A stretch of DNA of 27,553 bases, taken from positions 1-27,553 of the IMG/VR virus record IMGVR_UViG_3300027728_000069, one strand, 5' to 3'. Position numbers and translations under genes: made by a program. Shown in pieces: positions 7,963 through 16,907 of this stretch. Each line of letters begins with the position of its first letter. Positions within the stretch are counted from its first letter, which is position 1. The notes beneath the pieces were generated by a model. The model was given only the letters and a program-made list of their open reading frames with translations, was not told where the DNA came from and did no database searches. The DNA comes from a virus (Duplodnaviria; Caudoviricetes).

Positions 7963-10493
7963 GTATGATCTGGTGGTCAGGCGTAGTTGAAGATAGAGAC
8001 GATCCTGAAAAGTTAGGTCGTTGCCGTGTTAGAATTTTTGGATGGCATACCGACGATATTCAGTTATTGCCCACAAATGTTTTACCATGGGCACTTCCAA
8101 TGCAACCTATAACTTCGGCTGCTACATCAGGAGTAGGAACAACTCCAGTTGGTATAGTTACGGGGTCGTGGGTTGTAGGGTTCTTTCTAGATGGCGATGA
8201 AGGACAAAAACCCGTTATAATGGGTACCATTGCTGGCAAACCTTCAGCAAGTGTAGAAGCATCTATTAAAAAGAAACAAAGTCAAGTATTGCAAGGTGTT
8301 CTTAAAGATGAACGAGGGAATGTCGTTGTTGATGAAATGGGCAACCCAATACAAAATATAGACCAGGTTGTTTATGAAAGAGATTCTTTAAAACCTTTAA
8401 AATCTCAAGACTTGGCTAAATTATTCGATTCATTGGGAAATAAATTATCAAGCGGAAGTTATAGTTATGTTTCTAGTACAGGCGATCTAGGTAAGTATCA
8501 ATTTTCTGCATCAACACTAATAGATTTAGGATATGTGAAAAGACCATTGGGCGGCATAATTACTAATAGCATATTAGACGACAATACTTTATGGGTCAAT
8601 AGAAATGGAATAGGATCGAAAAATAATTTTCTTTCTAGCGATACCATACAAGAATCTGCGATGTTTGAATACACAAAAGCAAACTATAACACGTTAGTTA
8701 GATTAGGTAAGATAAAAGAAACAGATGAATATCCTGTTGTAGGTGGATTACTAGCAGTTGCTCATGTGATGGGTCCTAAAAATGCAGATAAGTTGGATAA
8801 GAAAAATGCAGCAGGTGAAAAAGCAGAAGATTATTTTGTATTAGGTAATTCTATCCTAGGTGGAAATTCTAAAGAATTTATACGAGCATATCAAGAAGCA
8901 GGAAATTTTTTACCAGAAACATCTTCACTTAATAATGAAGATTTAGCAAAAATAAGAGGATTCCAAGATCCTAATAAAAAATATCCTAAATACGAATACT
9001 TAGGTTTATCGGATCTAAACAAATTAGCAACAGGTGATAGGTCACATTTATCTTTTCAAATAAAAGAAAATAAAAAAATTGAAAAGATACCGTTAGCTAG
9101 AACAGAACAAACCTGGGACGAACCAGAACCGGGGTATGGCGGACACTATCCGTATAATCAAGTAATAGAAACTGAAGCTGGGCACGTAATAGAAATTGAT
9201 AGTACACCTAACGCAGAACGCTTACATATATTTCATAAAGCTGGAACTTATATAGAAATAGATGTAAATGGATCTATGGTAAGAAAAGTCGTAGGCGAAA
9301 ATTATGAGGTGATGGATCGTAATAATTTTGTATATGTCAAGGGTGCACAATGCTTAACAGTTGAAGGCAAGACTAGTATTTTAGTTAAAGACGATGCTAC
9401 AATAGAAGTAGAAGGTGACGTATCAGTGACAGGACATGGCGATACGCTAGTCCAAAGCGCAGGGTCGGTTGCTGTTTCTTCAGAATCGGCAATTATAACT
9501 ACAAAAAAGGGAATGGATATTGTATCAGAAGGTACAATTAATATGCAAGGCAAAGATATAAACTTTTATGCCAAAGATGGTGCAGTTACTATGAAGGCAA
9601 GTAAAGACTTGTCATTACAATCAGGTAGAGCATATCAAATAAGTATAAAGGGTGGAATATCTTTATTATTAGATGCTCTGTCAATTAGATCTAAAATGGG
9701 TGCTACTAGTATTGGGGCATTGGCACTTAGTATATTAAAAATACCAAGTAAAAAGACACCTAATACTACACAAATTCCTGTACTACAAAGAAAAGCATTA
9801 AATGATGATTCATTCTTATTTGATTCTGGTGAAACAGGTTCTGCAGATTATAGCGCAAGTAGAGTAGCATCTGGAGATATTTCAAATAATATATTATTAC
9901 AGGCAACTTCATCTGACCTATTATCGACCCGCTCGTTTAGATCAGCAAGATCGGTTGTTGAAGTTTCCGAAGTCGGATGCGAAATATGTAACAAATTTAA
10001 TAATAGTTTCCCTAGATCATTTAAAATATCCAAAAACTTTACGTTGGGTAATATGCTAGTTGGCAAATATGGCACAGCATTACAAGCGCAAAGAAATCTA
10101 CAAGAAAAAGATATTGTATGCAATATGATACAATTAGCAGAAAATTGTTTAGAACCAATTCGAGCTAAATATCCTGATCTAATTATTAGTAGTGGGTTTC
10201 GCTCAGGTGAAAGTAGTAGTGACCATAACATAGGAGCAGCAGTAGACTTAGTTTGGCCTAATAGAAAACTAAGTGAAATAAAATCTATTGCAGATTGGAT
10301 AGTCGGAAATGTTCCTTATAGACAAGTACTATTAGAATACGAATTATACGAAGGGTCAAACAAGATTAGGGTTGCTTGGATTCATCTAGCATTCTTATCT
10401 AAAAATGGCACATTGGTACAATCTACGCGAGCACCCGTACAGACGTTTGTTAATCATCAATCAAAATATAATACATTGGTAAATCTAGCATAA
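7959..10493 (+). CDS. gp5: Baseplate central spike gp5: OB-fold, lysozyme-like insert, beta-helix, C-terminal peptidase M15 domain
   Basis: WWSGVVEDRDDPEKLGRCRVRIFGWH...LPWA...GSWVVGFFLDG (OB fold); YPYNQVIETEAGHVIEIDSTPNAERLHIFHKAGTYIEI followed by VxG beta-helix repeats; C-terminal ISSGFR, DHNIGAAVD and WIHL. Confidence 0.95.
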   Translation: MSMIWWSGVVEDRDDPEKLGRCRVRIFGWHTDDIQLLPTNVLPWALPMQPITSAATSGVGTTPVGIVTGSWVVGFFLDGDEGQKPVIMGTIAGKPSASVEASIKKKQSQVLQGVLKDERGNVVVDEMGNPIQNIDQVVYERDSLKPLKSQDLAKLFDSLGNKLSSGSYSYVSSTGDLGKYQFSASTLIDLGYVKRPLGGIITNSILDDNTLWVNRNGIGSKNNFLSSDTIQESAMFEYTKANYNTLVRLGKIKETDEYPVVGGLLAVAHVMGPKNADKLDKKNAAGEKAEDYFVLGNSILGGNSKEFIRAYQEAGNFLPETSSLNNEDLAKIRGFQDPNKKYPKYEYLGLSDLNKLATGDRSHLSFQIKENKKIEKIPLARTEQTWDEPEPGYGGHYPYNQVIETEAGHVIEIDSTPNAERLHIFHKAGTYIEIDVNGSMVRKVVGENYEVMDRNNFVYVKGAQCLTVEGKTSILVKDDATIEVEGDVSVTGHGDTLVQSAGSVAVSSESAIITTKKGMDIVSEGTINMQGKDINFYAKDGAVTMKASKDLSLQSGRAYQISIKGGISLLLDALSIRSKMGATSIGALALSILKIPSKKTPNTTQIPVLQRKALNDDSFLFDSGETGSADYSASRVASGDISNNILLQATSSDLLSTRSFRSARSVVEVSEVGCEICNKFNNSFPRSFKISKNFTLGNMLVGKYGTALQAQRNLQEKDIVCNMIQLAENCLEPIRAKYPDLIISSGFRSGESSSDHNIGAAVDLVWPNRKLSEIKSIADWIVGNVPYRQVLLEYELYEGSNKIRVAWIHLAFLSKNGTLVQSTRAPVQTFVNHQSKYNTLVNLA

Positions 10494-10499
10494 TAAATA
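10492..10499 (+). promoter_or_regulatory. Late promoter variant AATAAATA upstream of gp25
   Basis: 7/8 match overlapping the gp5 stop, 6 nt before the gp25 ATG. Confidence 0.55.
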
Positions 10500-10505
10500 T
10501 CAAGT

Positions 10506-10901
10506 ATGAGCATTAAAAAAGTTAAAAAATTCGTAGATTTAGATTTGTCGTTTAAAGTAAATCCCTTTACAAAAGACATTTATCTAAAAACAGATGAGGA
10601 AGCTGTAAAAACAGCACTTAAAAATCTAATTCAAACTAGAAATTTTGAGCGGCCATTTCATCCGGAAATTGGTACACAAGTTCATTCGTTGCTATTTGAA
10701 AATTTTTCTCCTGCAGTAAAAATTGCAATGGAAAGAACAATACAACAAGCAATAGAAAGTTATGAACCACGGGTTAGATTAATAGATTTAAATATTATAG
10801 AAACAGATGATATAAACACACTAGATGTTAATATTGTGTTTTCTTTAAAAAATTCAGACACACCAATAACGGTTACAACTTTACTAAGTAGAGTACGATA
10901 A
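10506..10901 (+). CDS. gp25: Baseplate wedge subunit / sheath initiator
   Basis: FVDLDLSFKVNPFTKDI, AVKTALKNLIQT...ERPFHPEIG, LLFEN, YEPRV, ends LSRVR. Confidence 0.96.
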   Translation: MSIKKVKKFVDLDLSFKVNPFTKDIYLKTDEEAVKTALKNLIQTRNFERPFHPEIGTQVHSLLFENFSPAVKIAMERTIQQAIESYEPRVRLIDLNIIETDDINTLDVNIVFSLKNSDTPITVTTLLSRVR

Positions 10902-12743
10902 ATGGCAAATTACAGATTAGCAGAATTAGACTTTGACGATATCAAAGTAAACTTAAAACAATTTTTAACGAATTATAGAGACAAAGACGACAATCTAATC
11001 TTTAAAGATTATGATTTTGATGCTTCTAGTTTATCTATACTTATAGATTTGTTATCATACAATACTCATTATAATGCATATCTTGCAAATATGGTAGCGA
11101 ATGAAATGTTTTTAGATTCTGTAGTTAAAAGAGAATCTGCAGTATCAATTGCAAAACACCTAGGATATACTCCTTTATCATATAGAAGTGCAAGAGCAAA
11201 AGTTACATTTACAATTTCTAATCCCGTAGGCGCACCCGCAACACTGACACTACCTAAATTTGCATCCTTCACTACAACAATAAATGGAATACTATATACA
11301 TTTTCAAATTTAGATTCAACTACAATAAAGCCTACAAACGGAGAATATACATTTACAGATATAGAAATAGTTGAAGGCGTACCGCTTTCCTACACATACA
11401 GAGTTGATGTATCTGGTCCTGGCGAAAAATATACAATACCAAATAAAAATATAGACACAACCACTATAAGAGTTACCGTACAAAACTCATATGCGGATTT
11501 GACAACAACCACATATACGTTGGCGGATAATCTCGAAGGCGCTTCCGCCACATCTAGAATATTCTATCTCGAAGAAAATCCAACAGGATATTATGAAATT
11601 TATTTTGGTGATGGTGTTCTTGGTAAAAAACTATCTTCTGGTAATTTAGTTCGTATAGAATACTTAGTTAGCAATGGTTCAGACTGTAACGTATCAAATG
11701 ACATAGAACAATCTTTCTCATTAGGCACTCAAGTTGGAGGGGTAACCTTGCCCTCTACTATAATAGCATCATCAAATTCTACAGGTGGAGATGTTGCTGA
11801 TACTATAGAAGAAATTAAATTTAAGGCTCCTAGATTTCTTTCATCATTCAATAGAGCAGTAACTGCCAATGATTATAAAGCAATTATTGAAGCAAACTAC
11901 CCGTTAGTTGAATCTATTTCAGTTTGGGGAGGGGAAGAAAATGTTCCGCCATTGTATGGAAAAGTTATTATATCGCTAAAGCCTTATTCAGGATTTACTA
12001 TCAGTACAGAACTTAAAAATAAAATCAAACAAGATATTCTGGCAGATAAAAAGATGATGACAATTATTCCAGAATTTGTAGATCCTAATTATTTGTATAT
12101 TGGTTTAGACACTAAAGTAAAATACGATCCAAAGAATTCTAGATATACAGAAAACGAAATAGGTATATTGGTTCGAGGAAAAATAAATGAATACTTTAGT
12201 ACAGAATTACAAAAATTCGATAAAGATTTTGTATATTCAAAATTGTCAAAAAATATTGATTCTGTAGATCAATCTATTATAGGTAACGTTAGTTCATTTA
12301 AACTACAAAAAAGAATAAGCCCCACCATAAATGTTGTAAATAGTTATTCGGGTCCTAATACTATAAAATATGCAAATAAAATAACTTCAGGTACTATACA
12401 ATCCACTGCATTTTATTATAATATTAATAGCGAAATAAAAGCAGTATACTTTAAGGATTCTTATGTTACTACAACAACCGGTGAAATAGATTTAATAGAT
12501 TTTTATAGCAATAAAAAATTAACATCTGCTGTTGGAACAATTGATTATACAAACGGAATTATAAGTTTCCCAGAATTAAAACCTGCAGGGTTTATAGAAA
12601 ATACTAAGGATATAAGAATATACGCAAAGATGGATGAATTGGATATTAGTTCAACTAAAGATCTAATATTGGTTATAGATGATAGTACATTAGATTCTTC
12701 ATCCGGCAGAACATCTGGTTTAACAGTAACAGTATCGGTATAA
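10902..12743 (+). CDS. gp6: Baseplate wedge subunit
   Basis: ELDFDDIKVNLKQFL, FKDYDFDASSLSILIDLLSYNTHYNAYLANM, YEIYFGDGVLGK, RAVTANDY, WGGEENVPPLYGKV. Confidence 0.96.
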   Translation: MANYRLAELDFDDIKVNLKQFLTNYRDKDDNLIFKDYDFDASSLSILIDLLSYNTHYNAYLANMVANEMFLDSVVKRESAVSIAKHLGYTPLSYRSARAKVTFTISNPVGAPATLTLPKFASFTTTINGILYTFSNLDSTTIKPTNGEYTFTDIEIVEGVPLSYTYRVDVSGPGEKYTIPNKNIDTTTIRVTVQNSYADLTTTTYTLADNLEGASATSRIFYLEENPTGYYEIYFGDGVLGKKLSSGNLVRIEYLVSNGSDCNVSNDIEQSFSLGTQVGGVTLPSTIIASSNSTGGDVADTIEEIKFKAPRFLSSFNRAVTANDYKAIIEANYPLVESISVWGGEENVPPLYGKVIISLKPYSGFTISTELKNKIKQDILADKKMMTIIPEFVDPNYLYIGLDTKVKYDPKNSRYTENEIGILVRGKINEYFSTELQKFDKDFVYSKLSKNIDSVDQSIIGNVSSFKLQKRISPTINVVNSYSGPNTIKYANKITSGTIQSTAFYYNINSEIKAVYFKDSYVTTTTGEIDLIDFYSNKKLTSAVGTIDYTNGIISFPELKPAGFIENTKDIRIYAKMDELDISSTKDLILVIDDSTLDSSSGRTSGLTVTVSV

Positions 12744-12744
12744 A

Positions 12745-14115
12745 ATGGTAGATATAGTTTACGCTCCTACTGAATTATTAGGACCACTGAAAATATATGG
12801 CACATCTAAGCCAGATACTTTTGCTGGTTATCTAGAAGGTTGGTTCTATCCTTTGTATATTACTAGGACTGAGGCAATACAAGCAGATCAAGATAGAGGC
12901 GGAAAAGGCATTTATCGAGTTATTACTTTTTATAGTGTTCCTGGCGAATTTTATATGCCAGATAGTTTTACTAATATTGGTAAAAATAAAGACCCATTGA
13001 TATACACAAAATATACTGGTTCAGGTGCCGAAAATCCTTTTAAAAGAATACAAAATAAATTATCAATATTAATTGAAGATCAACTACCAGATTTTATACA
13101 ATCTGAGTATGATATGTTTGTTAAGTTTTTAAAGGCATATTATGAGTTTTTAGAACAAAACAATCAAGCACAAGAAGTATTACAGGATATAACTAAATAC
13201 GCAGATATAGATAAAACCACAGAAGATCTAATCAATAAGTTTTTTACGAACTATGCGACCGATTTAACTAAATCTAATATAACAAGTAATAGAGAATTAG
13301 TAAAAAAAATAAGAGAAATTTATAGCAAAAAAGGAACAGAGCCATCCTATAGAATGTTATTCAACGTTTTATATAAAGAATCTATAGATTTTTTCTATCC
13401 ATACGATGTAGTATTAAAACCATCGGATGGTAAATGGACAACGATATATGCTCTTAGAGTACGAAAATATATAGACAGACAGAATATTTTTGATTTTGAA
13501 AATACTGAAATATTAGGAAAAACGTCCGGAGCTAAAGCAATAGTGATCAAAGTTATAAAATTAAATCTATCAGGATATGAGATATATGAATTAATTTTAG
13601 ATACAACTAGTATATCGGGCAATTTTTTGCCAAATGAAGATGTAATTGCCGTAAAAACAATATCTCTCGTAGATACAACAACAACTACAATAAATGCAAA
13701 ATTATATTCTATTATAAGTAAAGTCGATGTTAAAGACGGTGGTTTAGGTTATAAACCTGGAACACAAATAACTATAACGGATGAAACTGGAATAATTGCT
13801 AAAGCGGAAATTCAAAGTGTTAATAGATTTGGTTCGATAAAAAATATTAATGTTATAGAACCTGGGGTAAATTATTCTGCAAATACTATTGTAGATGCAG
13901 GATATCCTAGCGTTCCTATAAATGGAACTTATAATATTCGAAAAGGTGCAGTTACAGTAACTTTTCCGTATCAGCACGGATTGACACGAGGAAAAACTAT
14001 TCGAGCATATTATTCAGGAAATGTGTTTAGTGCAATAGATAACACTACCCACGCTGCAACAGTATTATCCGTACCGACAGTAAAATCAATTAGATATAGA
14101 TATCCGGGTTTCTAA
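12745..14115 (+). CDS. gp7: Baseplate wedge initiator gp7-like, N-terminal part
   Basis: IEDQLPDFI...FVKFLKAYYEFLE, YADID.T, IREIYSKKGTEPSYRMLFNVLY and LKPSDGKW motifs; between gp6 and gp8. Confidence 0.8.
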   Translation: MVDIVYAPTELLGPLKIYGTSKPDTFAGYLEGWFYPLYITRTEAIQADQDRGGKGIYRVITFYSVPGEFYMPDSFTNIGKNKDPLIYTKYTGSGAENPFKRIQNKLSILIEDQLPDFIQSEYDMFVKFLKAYYEFLEQNNQAQEVLQDITKYADIDKTTEDLINKFFTNYATDLTKSNITSNRELVKKIREIYSKKGTEPSYRMLFNVLYKESIDFFYPYDVVLKPSDGKWTTIYALRVRKYIDRQNIFDFENTEILGKTSGAKAIVIKVIKLNLSGYEIYELILDTTSISGNFLPNEDVIAVKTISLVDTTTTTINAKLYSIISKVDVKDGGLGYKPGTQITITDETGIIAKAEIQSVNRFGSIKNINVIEPGVNYSANTIVDAGYPSVPINGTYNIRKGAVTVTFPYQHGLTRGKTIRAYYSGNVFSAIDNTTHAATVLSVPTVKSIRYRYPGF

Positions 14116-15588
14116 ATGGCAACATATACTTTATCATCATCATCGTCCACAGTAAACGAAGGTTCAAATGTAACCATTGTTTTGGATACTGTTGGAATTG
14201 CAAATGGAACACGTATTCCATTTAGCATATACGGCACAGGCATAGATGCTGCAGATTTTTCCGCAACTACAACTTTGGCTGGTAATTTTTTAATAAGAAA
14301 TAATCAGGGAAAAATAGTAATAGATGTAAAAAGAGATGTTAAAACAGAATATGCAGAAACATTTTATTTGAGATTGACTAGCACAGGAAACGATGAAACT
14401 CTGCCTATCATTATCAATGATACGTCTAGAACAACTACAAATACGATTGTTGCCTTTTCTATAACATCTGCATCGTCTAGTATAGTTGAAGGAGGTTATG
14501 CTACATTTTTTGTACGAGCTAAAGATTTAGCAGCAGGAACTGTTGTACCTTATAGAGTATTGGGTATACAAGCAGACGATTTAGCAACAGGAAGTCTTAC
14601 AGGACTTTTAACTTTTACTGCAACAGGAACTCCAAACACCACGCAAGCAAATCTTACACTTGCAATTGCAGAAGATAAATTAACCGAAGGAAGAGAAACA
14701 ATTGTATTGTTAATGAGTCCAGACTTTCCATATATATTGCAAATATCGGGAACAATAACTGTACAAGACACATCAATTACTGTTCCTCCAAATTATTATC
14801 TATCAGCAAATAAACAAAAGGTCGTAGAGGGCAGTAATGTAGTTATAACTCTATCTACTTTAAATCTTCCTGACAATATTGTCGTTCCTTATAAAATAAT
14901 AAAAGCCCAGGGAGACATAACACTTGGAGATTTTGATCGTTTATCGTCATTAGAAGGATATTTCCCCGCAACTTCTGGCAATGTTGCATACGTAACATTA
15001 GATGTTAGAGATGATTATATTTTTGAGCAATCCGAATATTTTTATGTTGCAACCGGAGGAAACGAAACAAGCTCAGATGTTATTGAAATAGTTGATTCAG
15101 GAAACACACTAATTACGTCAGATGAAGAGTATTCTGGAAACGTAACAATAGAGTTTTTGGATAAGGCAGATCTGCGAGCAAATATTGGCAGTACATATTC
15201 TGGAAAAAGCTTTTGGAAAGACACTACAGGACAGTTATCTGAAAATATGTTTTTACAGGGCAGAACTCCTTTTGCATCAGAAGAATCAATAGCATATTAT
15301 CAACCTTTTTCGTATGTAATAAAGTCTTCAATCTCTATAGATGTATGGAAAGATTCTGTAAAATCTGTACTACATCCTGCGGGACTGTCTATTTTTAGTG
15401 AAATAAATAATGAAACATTCCCCGAACAAACAAATTCGGTTAGTGCAAAAGTCGCAAATGATGCAGAAATCAGTACTTTTTTCACTTTAAGTACTGATCT
15501 AAGACGAACCACACTAAATGTAAGTAATACTAGAGTTCAAAATGCTCCAATTACTGTGGATTTAGTTACACTGACCTACAACCTATAA
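14116..15588 (+). CDS. Three Calx-beta/Ig-like repeats fused to the gp7-like C-terminal domain
   Basis: Three ~105-aa repeats of the form (Y/F).LS.....V.EG...VPY.I....DF...E..E.F.....I.DTS, then YYQPFSYVIKSSISIDVWKDSVKSVLHPAG, a typical gp7 C-terminal motif. Confidence 0.75.
   Translation: MATYTLSSSSSTVNEGSNVTIVLDTVGIANGTRIPFSIYGTGIDAADFSATTTLAGNFLIRNNQGKIVIDVKRDVKTEYAETFYLRLTSTGNDETLPIIINDTSRTTTNTIVAFSITSASSSIVEGGYATFFVRAKDLAAGTVVPYRVLGIQADDLATGSLTGLLTFTATGTPNTTQANLTLAIAEDKLTEGRETIVLLMSPDFPYILQISGTITVQDTSITVPPNYYLSANKQKVVEGSNVVITLSTLNLPDNIVVPYKIIKAQGDITLGDFDRLSSLEGYFPATSGNVAYVTLDVRDDYIFEQSEYFYVATGGNETSSDVIEIVDSGNTLITSDEEYSGNVTIEFLDKADLRANIGSTYSGKSFWKDTTGQLSENMFLQGRTPFASEESIAYYQPFSYVIKSSISIDVWKDSVKSVLHPAGLSIFSEINNETFPEQTNSVSAKVANDAEISTFFTLSTDLRRTTLNVSNTRVQNAPITVDLVTLTYNL
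14119..15099 (+). repeat. Three tandem protein-level Calx-beta-like repeats (~14119-14427, ~14452-14775, ~14791-15099)
   Basis: Repeat starts YTLSSSSSTVNEGS / FSITSASSSIVEGG / YYLSANKQKVVEGS; repeat ends INDTS / VQDTS / IVDS. Confidence 0.75.
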
Positions 15589-15594
15589 TAAATA
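15587..15594 (+). promoter_or_regulatory. Late promoter variant AATAAATA upstream of gp8
   Basis: 7/8 match overlapping the upstream stop, 4 nt before the gp8 ATG. Confidence 0.5.
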
Positions 15595-15598
15595 ATAG

Positions 15599-16897
15599 AT
15601 GCCGAATATTATAACTAATAAGTTTAAAATAGACAACGCTAAGAATTTCTTGGACGGATTGTCTGCCAACGGAAACAGTACACTGTACTTTTTTCTAGCT
15701 AAAGCTTCTCCCTGGGGGATAGAAGATTCTCCATCTACTCCAATTGATAATCAAGAAAATGAGCATCGGGTGTGGGACGAGGTGATAAGTTTAAAGAAAA
15801 TTGTTCCGTCGAATATAGTCAATGTTGTAAAAAGAATAACATGGGAAAGACAAACAGTATATACCGAATATGATAATACTGACCCAAATCTGTTAGATAA
15901 AAATTTCTATGTAATCAATAAAGACTATGATGTATACAAATGCATAGATAATTATAACGGAAACAAATCCACAGTAGAACCTACTGGAAAAAATTTAAAC
16001 ATATTCACGACCGCAGATAATTATAAATGGAAATATCTTTATTCTGTTTCAACATCTGACAGATTAAAATTTTTAACAAGTAACTGGATGCCTGTTACTG
16101 TTAACTCAGATGTTGCGGCAGTCGCAAAAGATGGCGCAATAGAAAACATTAAAATACTAAACGGTGGAACTGATTATTCTGTATTTTCTAGAGTGATTGT
16201 AGAGGGCGATGGAACTAACGCGAATATTTTAGCAAAACAAAACTTAGGAGTTATATATGATTTTACATATACAAACAACGGGTCTGGTTTTAGATTTGCT
16301 AATGCATATGTAACTGACCCAACAAGATCGGGCAGATCTGCAAATATTAGAGCAATAATAAGCCCTGTCGGAGGACATGGAAGCAATCCCATTAAAGAAT
16401 TGAATGCTCGATACTTAATGATAAATGTAAAAACTGAGTATAATGAGGGATTCGGAGATTTCCCCGAAGGTTTTACATTTAGAAAATTAGGATTAGTTAA
16501 AAATCCAAAATCCTTAGATGGTAAAATTGCAAATGTTTCTACCCTAAACGGATTAAAGGGAATAACAATTAACGAAGTTACTGGAAGCTTTAACAACAAC
16601 GAATATGTCGAAGGTGTCACATCTAAGGCTAATGCCTATATAGTAACATCAAATGTAGTTTCGGGCAATGGGTATTTAAGATATGTTCAATCTTTTGGTA
16701 TAACAGATAATTATAGAACATTTACTATTGGTGAATCTATAATAGGAAAAACATCTGGAGCAACTGCACTGGTTGCAAATACTTTATTATCTGAAGTATT
16801 AAAAGATTCCGGAGATATTATGTATATAGAAAATAGAACACCAATAACACGATCAACAGATCAAACAGATAATTTACATCTTGTAATAGAATTTTAA
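15599..16897 (+). CDS. gp8: Baseplate wedge subunit
   Basis: IITNKFKIDNAKNF, FYVINKDYDVYKCIDN, STVEPTG, DNYKWKYLYSV, ISPVGGHG, FRKLGLVKNP, SGDIMYIENRTPITRSTDQTDNLHLVIEF. Confidence 0.93.
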   Translation: MPNIITNKFKIDNAKNFLDGLSANGNSTLYFFLAKASPWGIEDSPSTPIDNQENEHRVWDEVISLKKIVPSNIVNVVKRITWERQTVYTEYDNTDPNLLDKNFYVINKDYDVYKCIDNYNGNKSTVEPTGKNLNIFTTADNYKWKYLYSVSTSDRLKFLTSNWMPVTVNSDVAAVAKDGAIENIKILNGGTDYSVFSRVIVEGDGTNANILAKQNLGVIYDFTYTNNGSGFRFANAYVTDPTRSGRSANIRAIISPVGGHGSNPIKELNARYLMINVKTEYNEGFGDFPEGFTFRKLGLVKNPKSLDGKIANVSTLNGLKGITINEVTGSFNNNEYVEGVTSKANAYIVTSNVVSGNGYLRYVQSFGITDNYRTFTIGESIIGKTSGATALVANTLLSEVLKDSGDIMYIENRTPITRSTDQTDNLHLVIEF

Positions 16898-16907
16898 GGA
16901 AAAAAAT

